A stretch of DNA of 63,689 bases, the filler included, from Octopus bimaculoides (taxonomy: Eukaryota), in the NCBI RefSeq assembly GCF_001194135.2. It is 8 parts of 7 records of this genome, joined end to end, with 100 filler letters (N's around TTAATTAATTAA, not from the genome) between each part and the next. Parts side by side here need not be neighbours in the genome. Positions count along the whole stretch, not along the records: positions 36,204 to 50,816 come from NC_068989.1; positions 50,917 to 53,883 come from NW_026408421.1; positions 53,984 to 63,689 come from NC_069001.1; 5 more parts are not named here. One strand, written 5' to 3'. Position numbers and translations under genes: made by a program. The notes beneath the pieces are model-generated. The model saw nothing but the letters and a program-made list of their open reading frames with translations, was not told where the DNA came from and did no database searches. Shown here piece after piece: positions 39,935 to 54,127 of this stretch (positions are counted from its first letter, which is position 1; each line of letters opens with the position of its first letter).

Positions 39935-40065
39935 CATACGACGGACTTCTTTCAGTTTCCGTCTACCAAATCCACTCACAAAGATTTGGTCGGCCCAGGG
40001 TGCCACGCAGTGGGACTGAACCCAGAACCATGTGGTTGGGAAGGCAGCTTCTTACCTTACATGAA
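39681..40065 (-). mobile_element. SINE family A
   Basis: tgtttcagtcatttgactgcggccatgc...gccacgcagtgggactgaacccagaaccatgtggttggg. Confidence 0.9.
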
Positions 40066-41775
40066 CGCCTACGCCTATGTTTGTATTTAACTTGCAAATG
40101 TATATGTGCATGCTTACTTGTATGTTTGTATAATCATAATGCATACTTACGTGTGGTTTACACTAAAGGGTGGAATATATAGTTATGTATGAATATACGA
40201 GTATGTAGATTATGATATTTTCTGAAAATTTCCTCTTATATAGCATACAAATCTTCTATGATGTAATATCTGCTTCGGCTGAGAGCCTAACGTAGAATAT
40301 GTGTTGTTGAGGATTCGGTTTTGAAAAGCTCACAAAAGCTGCTTTTGTTATTCTCACATGTAATTACCTATTCGAAGAAATCAATAACCAAAATAACATC
40401 TGTAGGATATTTCACTTCGTTTCGGAAAGAATAGAATTGAAAGCTCTGACAACAGTGTACTAAATTAGTAAGTGCTACTTACACAATTCCTTACCTCTTT
40501 ACGAAACTTCCCAACAAACATCGAGCTTCTCTTTGTTCACTCATAGACATAATATGTTAATCCTTTTCAAATCATAATGCACTGTTTTATAAAACATCAA
40601 GGAAACATTGCTTTCTGTACACCTAGATACACTGTGTGGAAGAAAGGCAAAACTATCATAGATGGAACTCTTTTGAACGTAAGTGTTGCTCAATGAGAGA
40701 TGACTTGACGCTCAACTACAATAAACAAAATTTGTTTTTATAAGATCTGTAAAAACTAAGGAAGTACGCAGTGGGCAAATATAATTCCTCAAATTCTAAC
40801 ATCCTCAAATTCTAACATAGATCGTACCATTTGTAGCCACCATCAAAGTTAGGGCTGATAATCAGTCTAATCACTATATATTGTATTTCTAGATGATATC
40901 ATTATGTGCTATAAATCGATACTTCGACTCACTCTCAAGTATGGGCATATGAGGCCGTTGTGTAGATTTGTAGAAAATTTCAAGTATTATATCTGATAAG
41001 AGAAAATGGTGGGAAGATACAAAATAAAATTCTCTTAAGATATATTTATAATTTATATAATCAGATCCTCGCAAAATGTAATTATATTTTTGAAGCGTTA
41101 CTTAACATTATCTCTGTTTAAACATATGCATATTCTCAGAAGTAAGCACTATTCCACTTCAACATTATAACATATTTCAGTAATAAAAGTCTATATGCAT
41201 TCATACATGCGTATGTATGTATGAATTCATATGCATTCATATGCATTCATATGCATGCATTTCATACATACGTACATACATACATAAATTCATACATAAT
41301 GTCTATATGCATTCATGCATACATATGTAACTATATATATATATATATATATNNNNNNNNNNNNNNNNNNNNNNNNNNNNNNNNNNNNNNNNNNNNNNNN
41401 NNNNNNNNNNNNNNNNNNNNNNNNNNNNNNNNNNNNNNNNNNNNNNNNNNNNNNNNNNNNNNNNNNNNNNNNNNNNNNNNNNNNNNNNNNNNNNNNNNNN
41501 NNNNNNNNNNNNNNNNNNNNNNNNNNNNNNNNNNNNNNNNNNNNNNNNNNNNNNNNNNNNNNNNNNNNNNNNNNNNNNNNNNNNNNNNNNNNNNNNNNNN
41601 NNNNNNNNNNNNNNNNNNNNNNNNNNNNNNNNNNNNNNNNNNNNNNNNNNNNNNNNNNNNNNNNNNNNNNNNNNNNNNNNNNNNNNNNNNNNNNNNNNNN
41701 NNNNNNNNNNNNNNNNNNNNNNNNNNNNNNNNNNNNNNNNNNNNNNNNNNNNNNNNNNNNNNNNNNNNNNNNNNN

Positions 41776-41852
<77 letters not shown>

Positions 41853-42692
41853 TACATACAGGTTCATACACTCACTTACAACCACACATGTACACATACA
41901 TAATCTAGGGAGCTTGCTGAATATTTTGTTAGGATATGTACAAAGAAAATTACATGTTGTACTAACTTCGAGTGATAGAATACATAATCATATGCTATTT
42001 CACTGTAAAATATGGAGTTTAGAAATAAGAAACACATTAACATAAACTTAAATACGACTGGTTTGTGATTCTATCACAAATCAATGTATTTGTGAAGATT
42101 TTTACTAACCTCCATTACATATCATATGAACTATGATAGCACGTCCTTTCAAATGATTCTAACCATAGTGACCGACCTACACACAAGATAGCAGTCAGTG
42201 AATTAACCTGTGCCAGAATATGTTTTAACCCCCGGATGCAATCTCGACTTCTTCGAAAAGCAGATCATTTAACTACGTTGTCTATCACATGGAAGTATTA
42301 TATGTTTTAGAATGAGACGTTATCGATTGAAGGCGTTCAACCGTTGCTTCTAAAGACCAAAATACAAATGCCAATTAAAATCTTCTCAACCCAATAAGAA
42401 CCTCATTAATTATTTCTCATATGATATCTGTTGAAAATGTTCTATAGCCATATTTCACTGTTACATTGTTTTAAATTATAGCCATCACATCGTGATATAA
42501 GACATTACACTTGAGGCATGAGTATTTTTCATGTTACCGAAGATTGTCAACACTAAATGTTTCGTCTCTTTATTTGTAACTTTGTGTTTTCGAAAGGGTA
42601 TAGAAAGAGATTCTATACACACGCTCATACACACACGCACACACGCACACATGCACACACGCACATACACACTACATATGTGTGTGCGTGAA

Positions 42693-42733
<41 letters not shown>

Positions 42734-42844
42734 TTTCGACCCTAGTGCTCAACTAGCTCTCATTATATCGACCCGAAAAGATGAAAGGTAAAATCGATCT
42801 CGGCGGTATTGGAACTCAGAACGTACAGACGAACGAGCTGCTGC

Positions 42845-42895
<51 letters not shown>

Positions 42896-43057
42896 NNNNN
42901 NNNNNNNNNNNNNNNNNNNNNNNNNNNNNNNNNNNNNNNNNNNNNNNNNNNNNNNNNNNNNNNNNNNNNNNNNNNNNNNNNNNNNNNNNNNNNNNNNNNN
43001 NNNNNNNNNNNNNNNNNNNNNNNNNNNNNNNNNNNNNNNNNNNNNNNNNNNNNNNNN

Positions 43058-43134
<77 letters not shown>

Positions 43135-44050
43135 AATATGCACGTGTGAGCATATCCGTGTGCGTATTTCTGGTTTTATTCTACATATTCTTGAAATCCC
43201 GTTCAATAAATAACTATATAAATAAATTAAAGGCTATCCTATCAATTAGATCAATATATTTAACAAATGCTCCAATTGCAAAATAAATAATTCAAGTGTT
43301 TTTAATGTATTTGCGCTCTTGGATATCTGATCTTGCAAAAATAGCCATGGGAATATTTTATTGGTGATTGATTCTGTCTACATATGTCGCTGTCTCGGAA
43401 AATGTACCACGAAGTCACTACAAAAACAATCGAACAGCAGAAATCAATCCCATGTATTGTATTGTTGCATAATCCCATGGATATTTAGAATACTGAATGT
43501 TTGAGTGTGAATATTCTCACACAAACGCACGCTCAAATACCGACGCGTGGGCGCCAACACACATATACATGCACACGCGTATATACGTAGACACTGAAAC
43601 ACACAAACGCAAACACAAGCAGTTGATTTGTTGATTCGAACTGAAATCTCGAATCTTGTTGTTTTAAATCTGTTTAATGGGAAACTCATGTTTCACGACA
43701 CCAGAGGGAATAGTGAGAGGGCCTAATTAACTCAAGTTTATTGTGCTCTTAATTAAATAAAAAAAAAACTATCGCCTTTGTGAAGAATATAATAAAGTGA
43801 GCAATTACTATCATAAAAAAGTTTATAAAAAATTATATTTTTAGTTTTTAGTTATGAAAATTATCAATCATGTTTTCATAAACCATATTATATACAGAAG
43901 CAAAGTTCTCACTCTAAAACCTAGAGTATAGCATAATACAACCAATAATTATTTGTTCATTGGCTCTTTTTCGTAGACATAGTAATATATGCATATGTTA
44001 GTGACAAATTATCAAGCCATTGAAAACAGGCTACTGGTTACTGTACTTAC

Positions 44051-44105
44051 TGAATATTATGCACTGACAGTAGACTTTGCAGTAACTGGTTCCATGACAT
44101 CAACT
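44051..44105 (-). CDS. Candidate 55-nt exon (possibly of the same GPCR gene)
   Basis: tttcattatttatAG|...|GTAAGT splice sites. Only one frame is open (xLMSWNQLLQSLLSVHNIx). No homology recognised. Confidence 0.25.
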
Positions 44106-44233
44106 CTATAAATAATGAAAGGATAGGAGCAAACGGAGCAGAGAGGTTGCCGTTCGGTTCGCAAGCACGTAATTCCAGCTACAATCACCTTATGATCCAT
44201 TGGTAGATAGAAAACTGTTCACGCACACGCGCG

Positions 44234-44302
<69 letters not shown>

Positions 44303-45568
44303 GCACGCACGCACACACACAATTATTCTGCTCATGTCAGATCCATACAATGAAAGTTACATAGTAAAAAGATACGAGCTACTCATTGTTTCTCGCTGTG
44401 AAGACTTATGTCTAGTCAGAGTTTTATAATACAACTTGTGTGTCGAAGCAATCTTCAAGATCTTACCACATAGTCTGTTTTATTTTAAAATCAAGACGCT
44501 GGTACATGAGAAATCACAAGAAAAAAAAACAGAAGAATGTGGATACAAAAAGTCGAAGAGTGAATAAAAACGGAATTTGAGAAGAAAAGCAAGAAATTAG
44601 GCCCTCTCACAATTAAACTAAGCCATAATGAAAGCAGATAAAGAATAATTCAACGGAGAGGGATCTAAAGTCTGCAAGACAGCTGCTCGATCCGGAGCTG
44701 GTGTGTCCCTCAATACACGAAAATAATTTTTTTTCCAGATGCTTGAATTTGCAGATTTGGAATCAAGTGATACAGTGGAATTTACAGATTTGGAAAAAAA
44801 TTTGAGATCTTTCAGCCATGCATAAGATGCTTTTCTTAGATACATGTACACATGTACTGTCCTTCAGTTCATTGTATTCGGTATGTAGTTGTGTGTGGTC
44901 TACACTTAGAAAGAACTTTTTTTGTTTATTCTTTGATAATGTGTGTCCCGTAACATAGTGATTCGACAAATAGGTCAATATGTACTTGAATAAAATGAAC
45001 ACTGTTGTCAAAAAGACCGATTAAAATCTTAAACGTGATGCCCCAATGTGATCGCTGAACAATGATAGAAACCAGTTAATGTACAATACTACAACGACGT
45101 GCACAATTGTAAGATGAACATTTAATTAGCGCGATTTGGGTCGTCTCCATGTGATTTCTCTCTATTTGTGACAATTTAACTGTAGAGTTCTTGCAATCAG
45201 TGTCACGCAGTTTTGGAATAATTTGATATGAAGCGTTCTACAATCTCTATTGCTACTTTGTAATTACAAAATTTCTATGAGATAAATGTGTATATTTATT
45301 TCTTTCAAATACGTTAGCTATTGCAACAAAGCTACTTCAATGTTTACATTTACATATAACGCATCTCTTGGAACAAAGAGATGTTGAATTATTTCTGTAA
45401 AGAATTTTGGAACGCTCACTTTGAATAGTAATCAGTGTATTGCTTTAAATTGCTGTATACAACATACAATCTATGATTAATATGACACATCACACAAGCT
45501 CACAAACTCACACACATGTATATGCACACACACACGCAGACACACACACACACACACACACAGACACA

Positions 45569-45610
<42 letters not shown>

Positions 45611-45639
45611 NNNNNNNNNNNNNNNNNNNNNNNNNNNNN

Positions 45640-45684
<45 letters not shown>

Positions 45685-46546
45685 CATATATATAGCTAAA
45701 AGTGAGGGACTATCAATCTGTGCAAAATATTTCATAAGCTCCCATGTATTTATAATAGTCGTAATCTTTTCGATGTTACTCTTTCTCGGAAGTAAAGGTA
45801 CCAAGGACTAGTCAGTAAAATAAATTGGAGACGTGGGGTTAAGAACTCCATGGGAATGTTACTCTATTGGAGGAGTGAAGATGAATTAGGAAGCAGATGT
45901 GTTGACGCAAAATGTCACAATATATCTGTCTCCAGAATAGGGTATATGTGGGATTTTGTGTGCGTATGTGTGTGTGTATTTGTGTGTGTGTGCGTGCTGG
46001 TATTATGATGCATGGGCACACATATGTACTAGTATGAAAGGGAATTAGTGTGCTATGTCGGGTGGGGCGCATTTATAATCTTTAGGTGTCTGGTGTGGAA
46101 ATTTGTATGTGACAGAAGTGCGTATGTGAGTACGTGGAAATAAAGTTATTGAAGCACGTGTTCACAAGATCAAGCTGCATGGTGTTATTGATGTGTGTAC
46201 AAAGGTATAATAAATAACAATAGCAAAAATATATAGCGATGGGGAAACTTGTAACTGAAATTAAACATCAGAGGAAACTACTTGAATACTGTGGTAAGAA
46301 TAAAACTAAAAAAAATGAGTAAAAATACACTAAGTCTAAAAAAAATCTCCGGAGAATTTGCTAGAGTTTCCAAAGATTGTCAGAGTTGTTCAAGAAAGAA
46401 ACCACACGGAAGATATACATAGACTGAGACTGAGTAGATGAAAAGCCAGACGTTATGCACGTGATTGTATTGTAAAATATATGCATATATATATTTTACA
46501 ATAAATATTTGCATATATTTTGAAAATATAAGGGCGAACGATTCGC

Positions 46547-46601
<55 letters not shown>

Positions 46602-46608
46602 CAGAAAT

Positions 46609-46639
<31 letters not shown>

Positions 46640-46679
46640 GACACACACACGCACACACATACACACAAATACATATGCA

Positions 46680-47012
46680 AATGAGTGGACAGGAGCAACA
46701 TGAAGTGAAGTGTTTTGCTGAAGAACATAATGGTTCAGGGATCAAAACCACAATCTTATGTGCCCTGGACCGTTGGTTTCTTGTGATTGTTGTGTTTAGG
46801 GATAGAAACCACAATCTTACACGATTGAATCTATCATAGTAACCTCTAAAGACGCCCCTCCATTACTGGTGCTCATTTCTACGGATGAGTGGACTGGAGC
46901 AACGCGAAGTGAAACGTTTTGCTCAAAAACGCAACACATGTCCCGGTGCAAATATCGAAACCACATTCTTACACTCCTGAGGCCAACGCCTTAACCAGTA
47001 AGCCACGCTCCT
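46680..47012 (-). mobile_element. SINE family C (tRNA head plus CORE-like domain), two partial copies
   Basis: gagtggactggagcaacgcgaagtgaaacgttttgctcaa and gagtggacaggagcaacatgaagtgaagtgttttgctgaa. The head ggcttactggttaaggcgttggcc lies on the minus strand. Confidence 0.7.
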
Positions 47013-47056
<44 letters not shown>

Positions 47057-50000
47057 NNNNNNNNNNACACACACACACACACACACACATACACACACAC
47101 ACACATACACACACAAGACGTATAATTTCGCATTTGAGAAGACGGGATATAGACAAAAATCAAAATTCCTTAACTGTAGTGATAGTATCAATAATGTAAG
47201 TAGCGAGATGAACCATACTGTCAATAATAATTATACTATGCTTAATCAAATAGAACAGAAAGTAAGAAGAATTAAGGATAGGAAATCTGTGCAATTAGAA
47301 TATAGCCATAGAGTTCCTCGAAACAAAAAGAAGACTACAGTCAAGATGGTATTTTCTTCATCTCCTACTCTTGTATTTGCACACATCTACAAAATGACTT
47401 TCTGAAATGAACTTCCATTATGCAGCTGAGGAGTACATTTTCATTGTACATCTTATGTGGTGTTCTCACTACATAGATAAATGAAGTTTGTATGAAACGT
47501 ACGTACTGCTATAACCTAATGCATTTTTGTTGCTTTTCTTCATATATACATATATGCTGGGGGAAGTTTACAGCAGCGACGCACTAAGACTAGAAGAAAT
47601 CATTCACTTCCGCTGTATAGGGAATACCTATTAAAAAGATTTTCTATCAGACTAAAACAGAAACATAATATCTGTCCTGTCAATAGCGTATATATGTTAA
47701 ATATGATGCATAGTCGGCGTTTATAATCTAATATATATATATAAACGGAGGTGCGTATGGAGATATATTAACTTATATAATACATAGGATATCGGTTGAA
47801 ACCTCAAGTCAAAATCTTGTTAAATCTCTAAAAATGATCTTCAACCCAATTAAAGGAGGAAACCTTCACTCGAAATGCTACAAATAGGAAACAAATCTGT
47901 TAACTGGAGAAGTGTTGGATAATGCAGTCCTGCTTCTCCTTTGCAAAGCTTACAAATGGGATACTGACGGATGGCATCCCATTGTTCTTACTCCTGCTCA
48001 GTCATGAATGATCTTTGATGACGTAAAAAAGAAATAACCTTAAGGAAAGCTAACACATGAGGAGGAAAGGGGAAGAGGAATTATCAGGCAACAGTAGGAA
48101 AAGAACAAGAGAAACAACAGCATAGTCATCCACCTAAAATTCAATATGGTACAGAATTAGTTATTATTAGGTTAGTTCGTACGCAATTAAGCATTCAGAT
48201 CATTCTATTGATCTCTTTGTTTATAGCTATTGCTTTTTTTCCGTATCGCTCATTTGGAATTTTTATCTCTGGAGCGTAATGTCATTTCATGCAATTCACT
48301 AATTCTGCCTAAATTGTTGCCTACACTCGATAAACCAACTTGCAAATGCTTCATATCATATTTCTTCAGTTATATCCTTTTTCTGCTTTTACCATATAAT
48401 TCTCCCTCCCACGATAGAATGATTTATTGTATTATAGAGTTGCATAGGCAAATTCAACTGTATACAACACTGGTTTGACCTTAACATATGCGTTTACTGG
48501 ATATATGAGCCTGCGACGATTTCTTTCCACGTATTAGCCTGCACATGTTGATTGTGTGCGTGTATATATATATATATATATNNNNNNNNNNNNNNNNNNN
48601 NNNNNNNNNNNNNNNNNNNNNNNNNNNNNNNNNNNNNNNNNNNNNNNNNNNNNNNNNNNNNNNNNNNNNNNNNNNNNNNNNNNNNNNNNNNNNNNNNNNN
48701 NNNNNNNNNNNNNNNNNNNNNNNNNNNNNNNNNNNNNNNNNNNNNNNNNNNNNNNNNNNNNNNNNNNNNNNNNNNNNNNNNNNNNNNNNNNNNNNNNATA
48801 GATATATAATACATCTATTTACAAACACATACATGCACACATATATTTATATATGTATTTATGTATATATATGTAGGTTTGTGTACATACGCGACTGAGT
48901 ATTAATGCCGTAGTTATATCTGGATTCTTAAAGTTATTTTTACGATTATTATGTGACAACTGTTTACAGAGACAAAATATCTCGGATATCATGATTTTCG
49001 TGTTGATATATTAATGAATCACAAGACAGAATTTTCTGTTCATACATTCATAGGTATGGATATAATGTTGACATAAAATAAGTGAATAAGGAATATATTG
49101 CTTTGAATATTCTGTTTTCGTTTTCATCTTCTCATCTTCCTTTCAGAAAATGTATTGAAATATATAATTTCCAGCTGGACCTACCAGATGGTTAATTCTA
49201 AATTACTACGTTATAAATATCTCCAGAATAAGAAAATGGATATTATAGAAAACTCTTAATTATAGAGGGCATAGAGAGTGTATTTCTTTGATAAAATACA
49301 GAAGTTACACATTACAGTATATGAAAAAACAACTAGTAAAATAGTATTTGAAAAATTGCACAGTTTAGAAGTGATATATGAATCGGTTGATGTCAGCATT
49401 GATTGTATTCTCCGTTATAATCCAACTTGTCAAATAAATAAACTATAAATCTGCGTGGTAGTTTTTTTCTTTTTACTTTTTAGAAACAAGACATAGATTA
49501 ATTTGTAAAGGCTGCCTCCATTTATAATACACCAAGTATTCAATAAAAATAATCATATTACATGTAAAAATACGTGCAGAATGACTAACAGCAGCTTCGA
49601 TTAGATCGGTGATAAGATTAATGTATGGACATGAATAACACACCACCATGGATCATTGTAATGGAATAGAAAACTTTTGTAAAGCAGGAATGAAGTTGAT
49701 AATTTAATGAAAGGGAGAGTGCGTGTGAGAGATAGAGAGAGAGAGAAAGAGAGAGTGAAAAGAAGACATTTCAGAGAGACCATTTCCATAGAGACATCAA
49801 TAATATATTTGTAAATATTGTTTTGCTGTTGTTTATATTTCCAGATGAGCTCTGATCTAGTAGATGTATGATCAAAGGGATACTAACCAAAAGTATCTCG
49901 ATTTTTATATTTACCTAGAATAACATGATCCACCATGTCTTTTCTTTGTCAGGAATTCTAATACGTGATTCTTTGGTATTTACCTGCTACTTCTAGCTGA

Positions 50001-50748
50001 TGTCTTATTAATATTAATATTAGTATTAATATTAAGTATTAGTATTAAAGTATTAAAGGTATTGTAAGGAAAAAGGGGAAAAGTCTAGAAATATACTCAG
50101 AACTGATAAAATTCTCTTAATGAACTCCAGCGGAATATTACATATCGACATTTAAAATCTCAATACGTGGTGGTGTATGTTATTTCCCCATAGACTAATA
50201 TATTCCTTTCTACTATAGGCACAAGGCCTAAAATTTAGTGGAAGGTGGCTAATCGATTATATCTAGCCCAGTGCTTGACTGGTACTTATTTTCATTAGAC
50301 CGAATTGATGAAAGGAAAAGTCCTTGGTGAAATTAAAGCACCGGACTAAAGATAGACGAAATGCTTCTAAGTAATTTGTCCAGCATGCTAACGATTCTGC
50401 CAGCTCGCCACCATAGAGACAGATATTGGAACAAATCATATCCGTTATTTTTCTTCAATAAAATGTCACTCATATCCAATCTTCACACGCATCTAATTCA
50501 CTTGCTGCTTTTATAGGCAGGAAATATCTTGTAATCGAAAATAAAAATAAGTCTAATTTCATTTATTCATCAGGAAAATTCTGTGGAAGTTCTGCAGGTT
50601 CTGATACTCTACAGATTTTTCCTAATACAATTAAATTAATCTTTATTTTGGATTATACGATATTTCGTACATATAAAAGTAGCAAGAAAAAAGAAAACCG
50701 GAAAGAAACCGGTAATGTGTCTTGCTATATATATATATGTATATATAC

Positions 50749-50816
<68 letters not shown>

Positions 50817-50921
50817 NNNNNNNNNNNNNNNNNNNNNNNNNNNNNNNNNNNNNNNNNNNNTTAATTAATTAANNNNNNNNNNNNNNNNNNNNNNNNNNNN
50901 NNNNNNNNNNNNNNNNGGTAG

Positions 50922-50989
50922 CCATGATAAAACTCCGAGTTTCGGATGTCGGGGCAGAAACCCACGTCGCCTTCTCTTCAGTTATCTGG
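50922..50989 (-). ncRNA. Type I hammerhead ribozyme, array copy 1 (core intact, stem II weakened)
   Basis: CCA-GATAA | CTGAAGA | GAAGGCGACGTGGGTTTCTGCCCCGACATC | C | GAAA | CT-CGG-AG-T-T | TTATC-A-TGG. Confidence 0.65.
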
Positions 50990-52170
50990 CCATTGAAAAA
51001 TGCTATGAAAATGACCATTAAACAAAGGGAAATTACTGTATGATTGATCGTTATTAAGAGAAAAGAGCTATTAGAATAACCGCTAAGTANNNNNNNNNNT
51101 GATCGTTATTAAGAGAAAAGAGCTATTAGAATAACCGCTAAGTAAGGGGAGGGAGTAAAGGTAAGGGAGTAAAAATGTTCATAGTAATCGCGTAAGCGCA
51201 CCAGTCCATACATACACGTGCGCCTATATGTATATACTCATCCACCCTCACTTGAAACGCACACATGCTCACCCACGCATTCGCCAAATATATATATATA
51301 TATATATATATACCCACATACATGCTCACACACACATACGTGCAACACGCTCACACACATACACACGCATGCAAAAAAGGTTCTATATATGCACAAGAAA
51401 AAACAGGGCTAAATGCAAAATACAAAAAAGAGTGTAAAAAAGCCAAAAGGGTAAAACACATCTATATGTGCACTTTCTCGCATGCACACACACACATGCC
51501 TATATACGCACGTACCTACACACACACACACATCCACAAGCGTGCACAAAAAATAATATGTGTAAAAAATATATGAGCGATAAACCTATAAAGCAATATC
51601 ACTATAAATATGTAAAAAAAATATAAAAAATATGTAAGAAATATAAGTAAAAAAAAATAGAGAGATAAAAAGCTTGTACATAGACACAATATAGAATGCA
51701 TGCGAGAATGTGCACATATAGACATGTTTTACCCTTATGGCTTTTTGACACTTTTTACACTTTTTGTGTATTTTTCTTTTTCTGTATTTTGCTTTTTTTC
51801 CTTCTGCATGTGCATATATAGACGTGTCTATGAACCTTTTTTGTGCGCGTGTGTATGTGTGCGAGCGCGTGTGTGTGTGAGTGTATATGCGAGTATATAT
51901 ATATTTTTTTGGTGAATGTGTGAGCATGTGTGTGTTTCAAGTGAGGGTGGATGAGTATATACATATAGGCGCATGTACGTGGGTGTGTAGCACACATGTG
52001 TATGTATAGACTGGTGCGCTTACACGAATAATATGGACATTTTTACTCCCTTACCTTTACTCCTTCCCCTTACTTAGCGGTCATTCTAATAGCTCTTTTG
52101 TCTTAATAACAGTCAGTCATACAGTAATTTCCCTTTGTTTAACGGTCATTTTCATAGCATTTTTCGATGG

Positions 52171-52238
52171 CCAGATAACTGAAGAGATGGCGGCATGGGT
52201 TTCCGCCCCAACATCTGAAACTCGGAGTTTTATCATGG
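52171..52238 (+). ncRNA. Type I hammerhead ribozyme, array copy 2 (best preserved)
   Basis: CCA-GATAA (52171-78) | CTGAAGA (52179-85) | GATG...GGCGG/CCGCC...CATC | T | GAAA (52217-20) | CT-CGG-AG-T-T | TTATC (52230-34) A TGG. The cleavage triplet is GUU. Confidence 0.72.
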
Positions 52239-52286
52239 CTACTGAATAATTGTCACATATTATTTACAGATATATATATATATATC

Positions 52287-52342
<56 letters not shown>

Positions 52343-52409
52343 TATGCACATATGTATGTATATAAATATGTATACATATATATATATATGTGTGTATATA
52401 TACATATAT

Positions 52410-52475
<66 letters not shown>

Positions 52476-52505
52476 GTAAATATAATATGTGACACTTATT
52501 CGGTA

Positions 52506-52575
52506 GCCATGATAAAACTCCGAGTTTTGGATGTCGGGGCGGAAACCCACGCCGGCATCTCTTCAGTAATCGGGC
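52506..52575 (-). ncRNA. Hammerhead, array copy 3 (GAAA mutated to AAAA; probably inactive)
   Basis: GATTA | CTGAAGA | GATGCCGGCGTGGGTTTCCGCCCCGACATC | C | AAAA | CTCGGAGT-T | TTATC. Confidence 0.6.
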
Positions 52576-54127
52576 CATTGAAAAATGCTATGAAAATGAC
52601 CGTTAAACAAAGGGAAATTACTATGTGATTGACCGTTATTAAGACAAAAGAGCTATTAGAATGACCGCTAAGTAAGGCGAGGGAGTAAAAGGTAAATGAG
52701 TGAAAATACTCATAGCAATCACGTAAGCGTGCATGTCCATATATACACATGTGCGCCTGCACACCCACATACATGTGCCTATATGCATACACTCATCCAC
52801 ACTCACTTGAAACACACACATGCGCACCCACACATTCACCAAAAAATATATATATACATACCCGCACATACGCAAGCACAAAAAGTGCCTATATGCATAT
52901 GCTCATCCGCACGTGCTTGAAACATACGCATGCACACCCACACATACGTCAAAAAATATATACATACCCGCACACACGCCCACGCTCAAGAAAAGAGATT
53001 CATATACACGTTTATATATGCACATACACAGGAAAAAACCAGGGTGAAAGGTAAAAACGAGAAAAAACGTGTAAGAATATATAGAGCAATAAAAATATAA
53101 AGAGTAAAAAAGTAAAAATGCTCATAGCAATCGTATATGCACGCATGTACACCCATGTACATGTGCCTATATGCATATGCTCATCCACACTCGCTTAAAA
53201 CACACATACACACTCACACGTATGCCAAAAATATAATATATATATATACATACCCGCACACACGCACAAAAAAATTTCATATACACATCTATATACGCAC
53301 TTCCACAAGAAAAAAAGCGGGGTGGAAGGTAAAATACAGAAAAAAATGTGTAAAAATTGCATGAGCAATAAAAATATTTAAAAATATATCCCTATAGATA
53401 TGTAAAAAAAACTATGTAAAAAATATATAAGAAATATAAGTAAAAAGTACGGAGAGATAAAAAAGCTTGAACATGGACACAATATAAAAAGCAAGATTTA
53501 TCTGTGATCTTGGGGGGACCAAAAACTTAACAAATATTTAGCCACATGTGGACATTATCCGAAAAGTTCAGTTCTTGAATTTAGACATGTAGCAGGGTAT
53601 AAGCTGCTTTTCCAGATGAGCCATCTTTCCATGTCACAAAGACTGCACTTTTCACTGCCGTTGGTGTAAGGCTTACACTTGGCTAAATATTATATACATA
53701 AATCTATATGTATATATACACATATATACATATATATATACATATATATATACATAAGGTTATGAAGGATATTGGATTCAACCAAACCCAAAGATACAGG
53801 TAATACCGAGTAAGTGCTGTATATTGGCTAGTCCTTTTTTCAGCGCATCACTCTCACTTCCTACTACAACTCTCCTCTTATAGNNNNNNNNNNNNNNNNN
53901 NNNNNNNNNNNNNNNNNNNNNNNNNNNTTAATTAATTAANNNNNNNNNNNNNNNNNNNNNNNNNNNNNNNNNNNNNNNNNNNNGTGGGGGGGATCTGTGT
54001 ATATGTGGGGGTTCAATTTGTGTGTTAGGGTGTGTTGGGGTGGGGGAGAGACAGTTTATTTTGTGGGGTGTCTGCCTTATAAGAGTGTGTGCGTATGTGT
54101 ACATGGGTGCCTTGATTTGTACTTTGG

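Larger units (their letters stand above)
50917..53470. mobile_element. Array of three ORF-less ~0.55-1 kb repeat units in alternating orientation (50917-~51700, ~51700-52270, 52480-~53470), each with a hammerhead; probably Penelope pLTR-derived or retrozyme-like
   Basis: The unit gtagccatgataaaactccgagtt..ggatgtcgggg..gaaaccc...aagggaaattact...gagctattagaat.accgctaagtaag appears at 50917 and 52502, and as its reverse complement at ~52030-52245. The copies are diverged. Units 2 and 3 meet through a shared (TA)n. Confidence 0.85.

Noticed and set aside
44618-45011. Minus-strand ORFs as a GPCR C-terminal tail
   Set aside because: They lie upstream of TM5 in gene order, have no TM7 motif, and their frames do not join.
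48230-48478. LEFLSLERNVISC as a leucine-rich repeat exon
   Set aside because: A single short match with no LRR-CT cysteine pattern and no clear donor; on the opposite strand to the supported gene.
51045-51144. 45-bp exact duplication on both sides of a 10-N gap
   Set aside because: This is a typical unmerged contig overlap; copies 2 and 3 of the unit have the segment only once.
53533-53691. 12-bp inverted repeat (AATATTTAGCCA) as a MITE, with CAGATGAG as a hammerhead box
   Set aside because: The arms are short and AT-rich, there is no clear TSD, and no GAAA box or stems follow.
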